This document shows, piece after piece, positions 1 through 10,158 of a stretch of 64,000 nt of DNA. Location of the stretch: the NCBI GenBank assembly GCA_963830935.1, contig CAWHOC010000005.1, positions 1,839 to 65,838 of the forward strand, read 5' to 3'. Origin of the DNA: an uncultured bacterium. GTDB lineage: Bacteria; Patescibacteriota; Minisyncoccia; UBA6257; 2-01-FULL-56-20. Made by a program: the position numbers and the translations under genes. The notes under the pieces were generated by a model. The model was not told where the DNA came from. It made no database searches and was given only the letters and a program-made list of their open reading frames with translations. How positions within the stretch are numbered: position 1 is the stretch's first letter; each line of letters starts with the position of its first letter.

Positions 1-59
1 CCTTGTTCATACCCCAATTATACCTCGGCAATGAAAACTTAATAGTATAATAGGACTAT

Positions 60-834
60 ATGAAATCGGTGAAAAAATCGACGCCACCCATCACCCACAT
101 CCTCCGCACGCGGATAAAGCGTGACATCGTCTGCGAATTTTTGCCGCCGGCAAAACCATCGCGCAAAGTGATCATCCTTTGCAGCGGGGCGCCGTCATAT
201 CCCGGGAAAAGGGACCTGCTGAAGTTCCTATCCACGAAGGGATATTGGGTGTTCCTCCCCCGCTATCGCGGCAGCTGGGAAAGCGGCGGTTTGTTCCTGA
301 AGATCTCGCCGCACCGCGACGTGCTTGACGTGATCAACCAACTCCCGCGCGGATTCAAAGATCTCTGGTCCGGCAAAACATATAAAATTGCGAGGCCGGA
401 GATTTATCTCATCGGCTCTAGCTTTGGCGGCGCGGCGGTGATCCTCTCGTCGCGCGACCGGCGCGTGCGCCGCGCGGTCGCTTTTTCGCCCGTCACCGAC
501 TGGCGCGCAGAGACAAAAGCCGAGCCGATCGAAAAACTCTTCCAGTTCACGCGCGCGGCGTTCGGCAACGGTTACCGCGGCACGCAACGCGATTGGAATA
601 AATTAAAAACCGGCACGTTTTATAATCCCGCGCACGAAGCGGCACTCCATCGACGGCGCAAAGCTCCTCATCTTTCACGCGAAGGACGACACGATCGTCT
701 ACGCGCGGACATCGGCGGCATTCGCGCGCGCGACCGGCGCGCGGCTCGTGTTACTCCCGCGCGGCGGCCATCTTTCCGTCTCCAACACGATGGCGCCGAA
801 ATTTTGGAAAGAAATAAAACTGTTTTTAAAATGA
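60..834 (+). CDS. alpha/beta-fold hydrolase (S9/dienelactone-hydrolase-like); frame broken near 640
   Basis: ORF 60..869 has the nucleophile elbow GSSFGG. After about 640 the plausible C-terminus (IDGAKLLIFHAKDDTIVYA...LPRGGHLSVSN...KLFLK, with triad Asp and His) lies in the +1 frame and ends at TGA 832-834. TATAAT at 46-51 sits 8 nt before the ATG. Confidence 0.7.
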
Positions 835-1131
835 TTTGCGGAATTTTGAAAAAGAAAATCACTAGCTAGATAACAGAAAGGGCCACGTTTAGTAGACGTG
901 GCCCTCGGATGAGCTCTGAGCGCGGTTCCAATTCCTGGAAAAGGAGTGTCTCGCTTTATGGCAAAAGCGAAAACTTTCGCGCTTGGGCTCTTTTGAACTT
1001 ATGAGTTCTTAAGGTTCAAGAACTACCTATATACTACACCACAGAATGGCGTTGTCAACATCTCCAAAAAACCTTGTAAAACGCTGGCTGGCAGCCCATA
1101 CCGCGACCGCCAGCCGAACATTCTGGCCACC

Positions 1132-1671
1132 TCAGCGCCAAACAATAGCGCCTTGATAGCCGGTCTGGAGTTGTACACGTTTATCAATATTCCCAAGAGC
1201 CCTCATGTTACTGACGCCGTCATACCAGTGTCCCGTAGCTTTCGCCACGATAACCAGCAGAGCGATCCGTCTGTGCCCCCCACGATAGAGTCGCCGGCTG
1301 AGCAAGTCCACGCCGAGATCCGCCAATACGTTCAGAGATGTTACCCCTGGCGCATTGCGACCTCCAACGAAACGTGTCCACCCGGCTTCTCTCATCGGCC
1401 ACGAAATCAGAAACTTCCCTGACGTCGTGTACGCATTCGTAGGACGCTCCAACCCGCTGGCGGTGGTCTCCATATCAACCACCGTCCCCCCGGCAAAGTA
1501 CGCCTCCGAGGCAAAGCGGATCCAATCCCTTTTGGGGACCTTCACCACCTGCCGCAAAGCCGTTGGCTCATCCGGAAGTGCGGATTGGAACTGGGTTTGG
1601 GCGTGCGCTTGGTTTACTAGGCCAAACGCGATCAACAACATAAGTTTGGGAACATTGGTAGACAATGCCAT
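1132..1671 (-). CDS. secreted hypothetical protein
   Basis: 179 aa ORF with an N-terminal signal-like segment (LMLLIAFGLVNQAHAQ). AAGGGGG Shine-Dalgarno about 8 nt upstream. No recognisable family motif. Confidence 0.45.
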   Translation of the reverse strand: MALSTNVPKLMLLIAFGLVNQAHAQTQFQSALPDEPTALRQVVKVPKRDWIRFASEAYFAGGTVVDMETTASGLERPTNAYTTSGKFLISWPMREAGWTRFVGGRNAPGVTSLNVLADLGVDLLSRRLYRGGHRRIALLVIVAKATGHWYDGVSNMRALGNIDKRVQLQTGYQGAIVWR

Positions 1672-1859
1672 TTGTCTACCCCCTTTCTACGGAATTGGAA
1701 CTGCGAATATTGTACCATAGATAATTATGCTTGTAAATAGGCCCTCATCAGCGCCCCCTTTACTTTTCTCATAAAATCTGCTATAGTTGTCCATAGTCGC
1801 AGCTTGCAATCAGTGCGGCCTGCAACAAAATTTAATAAGAAAACGGAAGGAGCAGCACC

Positions 1860-3737
1860 ATGCGCAGCATAGCCGCCTTTACCGCGTCTGTTTTGAATGC
1901 GTCCAGGCGTAACTGCCTGGTCGTTGCCCTCACAGTCATAACCCTCCTGGCCACCATCACTGGATGCAGTGGCGGAGGCGGAGGCGGAGGTATCACGAAT
2001 CCCGTCACCGTCTCTTCGGTAAGCATGAAGCTCACCCCGGCGAGCGGTGCAATCACGATGGGTCAGACATTGACCTGCAGTGGCACCGTCACGTACAGCG
2101 ACGGCAGCACGGACAGCAACGTCAGCTACACTGCCACCGACGGCACGATCACTTCTTCGGGAGTGTTCACGCCGACGGCAGTAGGAGCAGCGAGCTGCAC
2201 GGCAACTGCCGCCAAGGACTCTAGTAAGTCCGCAACGGCGGCGATCACGGTCACGGCAGCGTCTGTTACCGTAACCTCGGTGAGCAATGTTTGCTCGCCG
2301 ACAGCCATCACGACGGCGCAGACCTCAAGTTGCGTGGGTACCGCCACTCATAGTGACGGGTCCACAAATCACGCGGTCAGCTTCACGTTGACGACTGGAT
2401 CGGTGGGATCGGTTGCGCAGACGGGTGTCTACTCGTCGAGCGCCACCGGGACCGCGATCGTTACAGCAACATCGACCGAGGATGCCACAAAGTCCGGCAA
2501 TTCGGGAACGATCACAGTAAGCGCTGTGCCCGTCACCGTAACCTCGGTGAGCAACACGGCGACTCCCTCATCGATTCAGATGGGGCAGACGTCAACCTGC
2601 TTGGGAACTGTCACCTACAGTAACAACACGAGCGACCACGCAGTGAGCTACACCGCGACTGGCGGGACGATCACCCCTTCGGGAGTGTTCACACCGACGG
2701 CAGTAGGAGCAGCGAGTTGCACGGCGACATCCACGATGGATGCTACCAAGTCGTTCACGGCGACGATCACAGTAACTGCTGTGGCGCCGCCCGCTCCAAC
2801 GATCACTGCGACGCCCGCTGGCCCCCTTAATCAGGGCCAGTCGACGACCATCGCATGGAACGCGAATGCCGGAACTGGCGCCAGCGCGAATATTTCCGGT
2901 CCCAACCTCACCACGAGCACGGCCCTCACAGGAAGTGTTTCTGTGGCACCACCGACAGGAACGGATACGTATACCATTACCGCAACGAACGCCGGTGGCA
3001 GCACCACCGCGAGCGTCACGGTTACGGTCAACGCGCCTGCGCCAACCGCATCGCTCGTGTGCACGCCTACCAGCGTCACACTGGGCAGCACGGTTTCGTG
3101 CACAATCGCGAGCACAAACGCCACTCAGGTGATCGCATCCTCGACCGACGGGAGTTGGGCGGGATCGGTTACTCTCAATGGAACAGTGTCGGTAACCCCG
3201 ACATCGACCACTGGCTCAGTCGTGTACGGGGTCACCGCGAACGGATCCGGCGGAAGCGCAACTGCGTCATCCGGAACCATCACGGTAACGAATACGGAGA
3301 TTCAGCTGACTTCGGTCAATGATCCGGTAACATATTGCGTTGGACAGTGCGGGTTCGTAAACCTCACTTTCACCGGAGCGAACCTTGCCGCTGGACAAGT
3401 ACCTTCTTGCACTCCCAATTGCAATATCTTGTCTGCGCAGATACTCAGTTCTACGCAGGTAAGTGTCACATTTGGGATCGACCAGGTCCACGAAGGATCC
3501 GGTTGGCGCTCGTTCAAGATCTGCAAAAGTGACGGAACGGGATGCTCGAGTACGGTTGCCTTCGGACTATACAGTCAGAACATGTGTGCCTCGGCAACCT
3601 CCGGGGAAACATTCTGTCTGAACCCGCAAGAAACCGTGGCTGGAAAAAACGGAAACGGATACGTTGATAGTTTACCGCTGCCGGAATACCGGACGGAAAA
3701 TTCTATGTCGGTGCGCCGAATTGCTGTATTGCAGTAG
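1860..3737 (+). CDS. surface lipoprotein with tandem bacterial Ig-like (Big_2-type) repeats
   Basis: Lipobox LLATITGC followed by a poly-Gly linker. Repeated units of the form VTVTSVSN...ATGTAIVTATSTEDATKSG...ITV. GGAAGGAG Shine-Dalgarno 8 nt upstream. Internal 49-nt DNA repeats at 2153-2203 and 2676-2726. Confidence 0.75.
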   Translation: MRSIAAFTASVLNASRRNCLVVALTVITLLATITGCSGGGGGGGITNPVTVSSVSMKLTPASGAITMGQTLTCSGTVTYSDGSTDSNVSYTATDGTITSSGVFTPTAVGAASCTATAAKDSSKSATAAITVTAASVTVTSVSNVCSPTAITTAQTSSCVGTATHSDGSTNHAVSFTLTTGSVGSVAQTGVYSSSATGTAIVTATSTEDATKSGNSGTITVSAVPVTVTSVSNTATPSSIQMGQTSTCLGTVTYSNNTSDHAVSYTATGGTITPSGVFTPTAVGAASCTATSTMDATKSFTATITVTAVAPPAPTITATPAGPLNQGQSTTIAWNANAGTGASANISGPNLTTSTALTGSVSVAPPTGTDTYTITATNAGGSTTASVTVTVNAPAPTASLVCTPTSVTLGSTVSCTIASTNATQVIASSTDGSWAGSVTLNGTVSVTPTSTTGSVVYGVTANGSGGSATASSGTITVTNTEIQLTSVNDPVTYCVGQCGFVNLTFTGANLAAGQVPSCTPNCNILSAQILSSTQVSVTFGIDQVHEGSGWRSFKICKSDGTGCSSTVAFGLYSQNMCASATSGETFCLNPQETVAGKNGNGYVDSLPLPEYRTENSMSVRRIAVLQ

Positions 3738-4497
3738 AGCCAACCACCGGGTATTGTCCGGAGTGGATGGAAGGCTTTATGACGAAAATGGCGGGACAAG
3801 CAAACATCCCGAGGCCACAGTGGCTATTCCTCGCTACCGGATGCGTGGTAATGCGGCAGCGAACGGGTATACCTGTCTCATTCAACCGAGTGCGACAAAT
3901 AATTTGTCGTGCGTCAACGTTACGGGGGCTAGTTCTTCCAACCACACGGCCACGAGCGTCAACGTGGGGACCAACCCACAATCGCTCGCGATGGGGGTTG
4001 TGGGCGGTAAGACGTACGTCTTTGTGCTTACCGGCGGAAGTGCCCCCGCTCTCTGGAGCGTGGACGTGACCGACGGCATGACGAACATCGTCTCTCAACC
4101 GGTGACGGGCGTCACGGCCAACCTTCCCGGCGGATCGGCGATCACTGTCTTCGATTCGTTGGGCGTCGGGATCGTCATCTCCTTTGGTGATAACGTTGCC
4201 ATCCCCTTCAGCGAAACCACGCTGAAGCCGGCGGCAATAGCGATCACGTTGCCGGGAGTTCCCGTCAGCGCTGTGGCGGACACCGTGAACGGCATCGCTG
4301 TCATAGGCAATGCCGATCAGCCGAATGCCGGAGGAACCTTGACCGAGGTGAATCCGGTAACCGGTACGGTCACGCTGGTTCCAACCGTCGAGACGACGGT
4401 TCTCCCAGTGGGAACGGTTCCCGCCACAACGGGCAAAGGATTTCTCGTTTGCCCGCAGGATGGCGTTTCGCCTTGCACCTCATACACTCTCCCTTAA
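3664..4497 (+). CDS. probable C-terminal continuation of the 1860 lipoprotein gene (beta-rich, hypothetical)
   Basis: No signal peptide or convincing start. Across 3660-3790 the three frames can be chained: NGNGYVDS / FTAAGIPDGKFYVGAPNCCIAVEPTTGYCPEWMEGF / YDENGGTSKHPEATVAIP. This implies two frame breaks. The region ends at a strong terminator. Confidence 0.5.
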   Translation: MIVYRCRNTGRKILCRCAELLYCSRANHRVLSGVDGRLYDENGGTSKHPEATVAIPRYRMRGNAAANGYTCLIQPSATNNLSCVNVTGASSSNHTATSVNVGTNPQSLAMGVVGGKTYVFVLTGGSAPALWSVDVTDGMTNIVSQPVTGVTANLPGGSAITVFDSLGVGIVISFGDNVAIPFSETTLKPAAIAITLPGVPVSAVADTVNGIAVIGNADQPNAGGTLTEVNPVTGTVTLVPTVETTVLPVGTVPATTGKGFLVCPQDGVSPCTSYTLP

Positions 4498-4516
4498 TTT
4501 TTAGGGAAACAACAAA

Positions 4517-4545
4517 GCCCCCGGCACATAACCGGGGGCGTTTTC
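4517..4545 (+). terminator. rho-independent terminator
   Basis: GCCCCCGG-cacataa-CCGGGGGC followed by GTTTTCT. Confidence 0.8.
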
Positions 4546-4577
4546 TATCTTACTACTTGGGCACTGAGGTACTATTT

Positions 4578-5291
4578 TTATTTTAATACGGATTGGTAAT
4601 TCTTGAGCAGAAAGATAGTCTCCTCACGCAGATGGTTTTTAACCCACGCTTTTGCTTTTTCATCCGGCAGAAGCTCGGCAAGACCACGCAGTATCTCATT
4701 GTCTTTCACTGTCTCAATAACCGGGATGCAGTCGGCGATGTGCTCTTTGATGGTCTTGCCAGTCCTTGCTTTCAATACTTCAACATTGATATCCCAGTTG
4801 TTTTTGGCAAAAAACCAAACATCGTAAATATCACGCATGGCAAGCGTTCGACGGTCAGTCAAGGCGGCAAGCTTGCTAGCGAAGAGGTAGTCTTTTTTGC
4901 CAGCCAACATGGAAATACCGAGATATTCTTTGAGCTCGTAATGTGCCTTGGCATCGGGCATGAGGATCCTCACGTTTATTTCAATCTTGACGTTGTGATC
5001 GGTATCGCCGTAGGAGAGCAGAAAGAATATCGTATTTCGTTTGATGTATTGGTCTTTCACTTCACCGTACGGCTTGAGCATAACGCCAACTTTTTCATAC
5101 ACTGTCTGCTGTGTAGCTTCATCGTTTGTAAACAAATCGAAATCAAGATCCACAGAGAATCCGGAAAGGCCGTAGAAAAAGTAAGCACAGGTGCCGCCTT
5201 TGAAACCGATAAGAGACGAGATGGTCGTGTCGGAGTAGATGTCCCGTAAAATCCTCCCCATGATAAGCTGATGTTTTTCTTTATTGAGCAT
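4578..5291 (-). CDS. AbiEii/AbiGii-family nucleotidyltransferase toxin (type IV TA)
   Basis: FKGGT and FSVDLDFD motifs typical of the DUF1814/AbiEii family. AT-rich relative to flanks. Overlaps the upstream antitoxin gene by 11 nt. Confidence 0.8.
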   Translation of the reverse strand: MLNKEKHQLIMGRILRDIYSDTTISSLIGFKGGTCAYFFYGLSGFSVDLDFDLFTNDEATQQTVYEKVGVMLKPYGEVKDQYIKRNTIFFLLSYGDTDHNVKIEINVRILMPDAKAHYELKEYLGISMLAGKKDYLFASKLAALTDRRTLAMRDIYDVWFFAKNNWDINVEVLKARTGKTIKEHIADCIPVIETVKDNEILRGLAELLPDEKAKAWVKNHLREETIFLLKNYQSVLK

Positions 5292-5901
5292 ATTTTTGAT
5301 AGTTCTTTAATCGTTTAATCAGTTGTTTGTTTTCGTAAATTTTTACCAGCTCGAAGCAGGACTCCCAATTAATCGATCGGAGATTGTCGAAGTAGAATTT
5401 CGGAGACAGATAAATGGTATCGAGGAATGCTCGCTCCGGCGTGGCGATACTGTAGCCCTTTTCTTTTTTAATGCCAATGCCGCTGTATAAAATACTGTCC
5501 TTCAATTTGCGAAAGACGATCGTGTGTCCGTCGATCTTTTTGGTCATCGGATAGGGACCGGCCACAAAGACTGCTTCTTGATGCTGGAAGATGATCCCGG
5601 CTTCACGGAGTACGGTTTCAAAACTTATGTAGGAGGGAGAGTAGATGCTTCCGGCCAACTCTTTCAAATCATATTCTTTGTTTTTTGCAAAAATACCACG
5701 AGAGATACGGATCAGCGATCCCTGTTTTGCATAGTACTTAATCTTGGCTAGCAAGTTTGCCGTATCGGTTTCCTCCCAAATCAAAGCTATATCCTTGATA
5801 GTTAGGATAGTTTTGGGTGAAGCGTATAACTTGGCAATTAGGTTATCTGTGGACATATAATCAGTTTGTTTGATGGAATGGATATATTCCTTACTTTCCA
5901 T
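5281..5901 (-). CDS. AbiEi-family antitoxin / transcriptional regulator
   Basis: The segment YAKQGSLIRISRGIFA and the C-terminal AbiEi_4-like region resemble AbiEi. Likely start is MESKEYIH at 5901 (the ORF is open to 5961). Paired with AbiEii. Confidence 0.7.
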   Translation of the reverse strand: MESKEYIHSIKQTDYMSTDNLIAKLYASPKTILTIKDIALIWEETDTANLLAKIKYYAKQGSLIRISRGIFAKNKEYDLKELAGSIYSPSYISFETVLREAGIIFQHQEAVFVAGPYPMTKKIDGHTIVFRKLKDSILYSGIGIKKEKGYSIATPERAFLDTIYLSPKFYFDNLRSINWESCFELVKIYENKQLIKRLKNYQKYAQ

Positions 5902-5980
5902 TGTATATTGTTGATAAAATGGAGTCAAAAATAGAAAATGCCGCAGCATGCACTGCGGCATTTCGTGAAGCGCTTTTTCC

Positions 5981-6693
5981 CTACTGCCCCGGACACCCTG
6001 CCCCGTTCGGATTCTGTTCGCACCGGCTCGTGCCGCCCACCGTCACCTGGACGGGCAGGCTGACCGTCGCGGAACTGGGATCATACCCGGTATTGGTGCA
6101 AGTAAAGGTATAGACCGTGGTGGCCGCAGGCGCGACGGACTGGGTGCCGCTCGCAGTGGTCGGCCCGGTCCATGTGATCGGATAGTTGGAACCATCGTTT
6201 CCTGTCAGAGTACACTGGTTCACATTCTGGCAGTTATACGATAACTTTGAGGATTCAGGGATCACGATGCTCGAAGGATTCGCGCTGATGATAGGATTGC
6301 TGCAGATCGGGCAAGTGCCGCCTGGACCTGGAGTGCACGCTCCGAGCGGCGGCGCGGTGACGGTGATCGGATAGGTGTCGCATATGCTTGTATACCTGGC
6401 ACAGAGCAAGCTTTAACCGTGGCGGTTCCGGCGCTCGCGGGAGTGAACTTCGCGGTATCCACGCCGGTCGAAGAGATCGATCCCGCATCGACGGTCCACG
6501 TGACCGCGTTGCTGTAGCCGCCCGTTCCCGTCACACTCGCGGTGCAGTTCGAAATCTGGGTCGTGTCGATCGATGAAGGATTGCAGTTGACGATCATCAC
6601 ACCGGTTACCGCGTTGCCCGGATTGGCGGGGGTGACGGTATAGTGAACGGTAAGAATACTTGAGGAGGAGGATTGTTCTTGTCTTGGCCGGGG
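5981..6693 (-). CDS. Ig-like (Big_2-type) domain surface protein; frame broken near 6400; possibly a continuation of the 6706..8961 gene
   Basis: ORFs 6262..6600 (NAVTWTVDAGSISSTGVDTAKFTPASAGTATVKA) and 5981..6409 (PITVTAPP...TVYTFTCTNTGYDPSSATVSLPVQVTV) join at about 6400. The frame is open from 6693 with no ATG, directly after the stop of the upstream gene. Confidence 0.5.
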
Positions 6694-6705
6694 CTAGAAA
6701 CTCCA

Positions 6706-8961
6706 TTAAAACGTTATATGTCCCGTATAACTTCCCACTGGCTGGGAGGCGGCGTTGATCGTTACCATTTCCGACGCATCATTGCCGGAGTTGTCGTTCG
6801 TCAATCCCGATGCATCAGCCGAAGGAGTAGCGGTGAGCCAACTCGAATCCGACGTTGTGGTCCATGTGAGCGTCGATCCTGGCGCACCCGTGTTACTTAT
6901 CTGCACCTGACCACTGGTGGAACTGCCTTGAGTTGAAGTGAGGGAGAGTGGATTCGTCGAACTCACCGCGATGTTTGCAATCGGGTTCCAAAGGATGGTG
7001 TAATTTACCGCCCCGGCGGCGGTCAGCGTTTGCATGGCAGGTTGCTGCAGAACAAATGCCTCTGCCGTCGAATCAAAGATGCTCTTCGTAAGGGAAAGCA
7101 ATGCATCGATCACCCCTATTTTTTTCTGCGCAATCGGGGTCATCCGCACTGAGTTAAAGGAGTAGAGAGCAGAATCTGCCGGATTATAGAGAGTAATTTT
7201 ATTGGTAAGCATAGTTACGCTGCCATAACTCGACGACGGGGTTGCTGTGTTCACTGCCGGCTGGTTCACATATGTCTGCGAAGAACCATGACACAGCTCA
7301 TTTCCTACCCAATCGCAAACGTCGCCGTCATAGTTCAAAATCGAAGGATCGGTTGCGGGAAGAGGGCCCGAGCCCAGATCCGTTATATCCCATGCTGCAT
7401 TGACCGGACCATTGGTTACGGCGTCCTCGGATGTGACCGTAATGGTACCCGTGGCAACGGTCGTAGAGGTCGGTGTGGTGGTGGCCACATTCCCCACTGT
7501 AATCGACACCGGCATCTGGCTGCCGAACGGATTGCCGGGCCCATCCTCCATCTGCCATGTTTCGGTATACGCCCCTGGCGTCGCCGGGGCGGTAAGAGAG
7601 TTGAGCTTGAACGCCACGCTCTGGCCCGGCTCAACATTCGAGTCTCCCCCTGTCGTCGAGCATTGGATGGAGTTGCCCCATGTGCTGCCGCATCCTGACT
7701 CCCATGTGCCGCCGCATCCGCCGAACTCAGCCGGTCTGCACATGGACTCGGAACAACTTCTTACCGTGCAATATCCGCTCACCGGCGCCTCGCACGACTC
7801 TTGATCGGAGCAGGAGCTGTTGCTGCATGCCTGCGTTGATGATACCGTGCACGTCTGCTGCGAGACCTGGCTGTATTGCGCGGGATTGCTGCCAACGCCG
7901 AATGAACCGGAAACATGCTGTAATTCAAATACGTTGGAATAGTTGCTTAAAGAAACGGTGCACGACGTCCCGACTGCATCGCTCGTCGACGGCTCGGCTC
8001 CGCCGGGTCCGTCACATGTCGACCCCGGCTGCTGCGATCCCGCTATGACGGTTGACTGGTCGGAAGTCCAGGCGCTTGCGCCCGTATTTTTAACCGTGAT
8101 CTCCAGAGGATTGCCATCGGAACCGTTCGTCACGGTCTGGGAAGTGTTGAAGGTAGTGGGGATGTTATTGGATGTTCCTGCGGCATCCAACATATCGTCA
8201 CTCATGTACACCCTCGCGTCATCGGGGTCAAAGGCATTATCACAGTCCTTTGAATGCGCACTCCATATTTGTCCGCTGTCAGTGCTATACGGACTCCCGC
8301 CGACGAATAACGCCCCCATGCTTCCTGGATCATACTCACCGGACGGGATAGATTGACCATATGCGTTCGATATCGGAGCACAAGGTAATCCCCAAATATA
8401 ATTACCGTAGTCCGTTGTGCCCACCAATTGCCCCTGACTATCCTCCGAAATCTCCATCCCGATCTTAAGATTGGTAATGATCACTCCCGCCGGAAGAGGA
8501 TTACCCTTTATGATCGTTATCGAGGCGTTCCCACCGCCCTGCGTCACCATTTCATTGGCGGAACCCGACCACCCCCATTCCGACCAATTGCCGGTATTGC
8601 TAAGGGTGGAAGCGCCGGAAGCGGTCACCTTCCACTGTCCCGTCGCCGCTCCATCGATGCTCTGGCTCGCCAAGGGGGACGTAAAGCAAACATATGGATT
8701 TGTGGTGCCGTTCGAAGAATATATGCACAACTGGATCTGGAAATCGTTCGCGAACGGCCCGTCCGACGGAAGAGTGATATCATATTCGGCTGCTCCCGAT
8801 CCGGAAATTGTTGCGATACTAGGATTCGGGAATTGCTGGACCTGCGCGTGTACGGCGCTCACTCCTGTTCGCGCGAATAGGACGACGGCCACTATCGCGG
8901 CAACCCCGACCACAAATACCGTTACGGCCACCGCATAAAATCTTTTCTTGAAACTTTTCAT
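6706..8961 (-). CDS. large secreted/anchored Cys-rich protein, candidate pilus-associated adhesin
   Basis: 751 aa with N-terminal anchor FYAVAVTVFVVGVAAIVAVVLFA. Cys-rich segment CTVSSTQACSNSSCSDQESCEAPVSGYCTVRSCSESMCRPAEFGGCGG. Segments resembling NBR1-type Ig folds (APATPGAYTETWQMEDGPGNPFGSQMPVSITV). Located directly downstream of the minor pilins. Confidence 0.6.
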   Translation of the reverse strand: MKSFKKRFYAVAVTVFVVGVAAIVAVVLFARTGVSAVHAQVQQFPNPSIATISGSGAAEYDITLPSDGPFANDFQIQLCIYSSNGTTNPYVCFTSPLASQSIDGAATGQWKVTASGASTLSNTGNWSEWGWSGSANEMVTQGGGNASITIIKGNPLPAGVIITNLKIGMEISEDSQGQLVGTTDYGNYIWGLPCAPISNAYGQSIPSGEYDPGSMGALFVGGSPYSTDSGQIWSAHSKDCDNAFDPDDARVYMSDDMLDAAGTSNNIPTTFNTSQTVTNGSDGNPLEITVKNTGASAWTSDQSTVIAGSQQPGSTCDGPGGAEPSTSDAVGTSCTVSLSNYSNVFELQHVSGSFGVGSNPAQYSQVSQQTCTVSSTQACSNSSCSDQESCEAPVSGYCTVRSCSESMCRPAEFGGCGGTWESGCGSTWGNSIQCSTTGGDSNVEPGQSVAFKLNSLTAPATPGAYTETWQMEDGPGNPFGSQMPVSITVGNVATTTPTSTTVATGTITVTSEDAVTNGPVNAAWDITDLGSGPLPATDPSILNYDGDVCDWVGNELCHGSSQTYVNQPAVNTATPSSSYGSVTMLTNKITLYNPADSALYSFNSVRMTPIAQKKIGVIDALLSLTKSIFDSTAEAFVLQQPAMQTLTAAGAVNYTILWNPIANIAVSSTNPLSLTSTQGSSTSGQVQISNTGAPGSTLTWTTTSDSSWLTATPSADASGLTNDNSGNDASEMVTINAASQPVGSYTGHITF

Positions 8962-8965
8962 TTTT

Positions 8966-9421
8966 TTATTTCACTAAATAGGTGATGCCCACGTGCGACC
9001 CTTTGCTCGCTGTGCTGATCACCACCGACAATTGACTATTGCTTTGGGACGCCGAGATGGCGTCGAACGTCGGCCGGGTGGTAAGCGAGCCGGTCACTGT
9101 CCAGCCGTCCCCCGGAAGATACGCCATATATTGTTTGTAGAGCGCGCCGACCGTGCTCGACGAATCATACTCCGCCGTATACTGATTGGTGCTCGTAGAG
9201 TACGCGATGGAATAGCTTCCGCTGATCGCAGCGGCGCTATCGAGGATCAGATCCTTCGGGAATTGCGGGACGAGCTGCCCTTGCGGCGCATAGACGGGCA
9301 CGGGCCCGGTCGCGACCGGAGCTGGTTTTGTTGCCGTCGGCCCCCAAACGAACCACGCTACCACTACGCCCACAACCACCACTATACCGACCCACACCCA
9401 AAGTGTTTTTGGATCTTTCAT
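8966..9421 (-). CDS. N-terminally anchored hypothetical protein
   Basis: 151 aa with a single N-terminal TM (LWVWVGIVVVVGVVVAWFVW). Lies in the pilus operon between the minor pilins and the 751 aa protein. Confidence 0.5.
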   Translation of the reverse strand: MKDPKTLWVWVGIVVVVGVVVAWFVWGPTATKPAPVATGPVPVYAPQGQLVPQFPKDLILDSAAAISGSYSIAYSTSTNQYTAEYDSSSTVGALYKQYMAYLPGDGWTVTGSLTTRPTFDAISASQSNSQLSVVISTASKGSHVGITYLVK

Positions 9422-9492
9422 ACCTTAATAGTAGCAGATACGGGGAAATGTGGGGGTGTGGATAATCCGGGCCGCCGCGGAGCGCAGGCGCG

Positions 9493-10158
9493 TCAACACC
9501 CGTAGGGGGTGACGGTGGTGTCGCAGTCTATGATGCGGGAGGATACCGTGGTCTGGAGGTAGATGGTGTCACTCGCAACGCCCGGGTCGGTAGAGCTCGG
9601 CGCAACGCCGATCACAATGGTGACGCGCGGCGGCGTATGGTCGTCTTCCACCTGCCCATACAGATAAAATTTCAGATATTTTACCGTGATATCGCCGCCG
9701 GTGATGGAGAGGGCGCCGTTCGTAAGTTGTGTCGAACTTTCTATGAGCGCACCCGCGAGCGGACCGGTCGAGGTCGTCTCATACAGAACGTGATTCAAAT
9801 CTGCATCATAGAAATCCAACCCGCTACACGTCCACATTCCGGCGGGTGCGGTTGATGTAGAGATGACACACCCGCAGTCCGGAAGCGCGTTGCCGGCGGC
9901 ATTGCCACGAGGCGTGCCCACGCCCCAGTCGGTGACGGGCGGATTGGCCGCGTGGCAAAAAAGATATCCGGTGCGAATCTCGCGCGACATCTGCTCGAGC
10001 ACCAAGCTCACGTTGCTCTGTGCGGAGATAAGCAAAGAAACCTGGCGCTCCGTTCGCACGGCGTTCGTAAATCCTCCCACCGCGATCGTGATAATGATGA
10101 CGAACAGGCCGACGGTGATCAGCAACTCGACGAGGGTAAATCCTTTTTTCATGATCAT
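9493..10158 (-). CDS. prepilin-type minor pilin (PilW/PulJ-like)
   Basis: N-terminal KKG/FTLVELLITVGLFVII prepilin cleavage-methylation motif. 4-nt overlap with the upstream pilin gene. Confidence 0.75.
   Translation of the reverse strand: MIMKKGFTLVELLITVGLFVIIITIAVGGFTNAVRTERQVSLLISAQSNVSLVLEQMSREIRTGYLFCHAANPPVTDWGVGTPRGNAAGNALPDCGCVISTSTAPAGMWTCSGLDFYDADLNHVLYETTSTGPLAGALIESSTQLTNGALSITGGDITVKYLKFYLYGQVEDDHTPPRVTIVIGVAPSSTDPGVASDTIYLQTTVSSRIIDCDTTVTPYGC

Noticed and set aside
880-904. Hairpin GGGCCACG-9 nt-CGTGGCCC after the hydrolase gene as a rho-independent terminator.
   Set aside because: No U-tract follows on the relevant strand. It is kept only as a possible stem-loop, not called as a feature.
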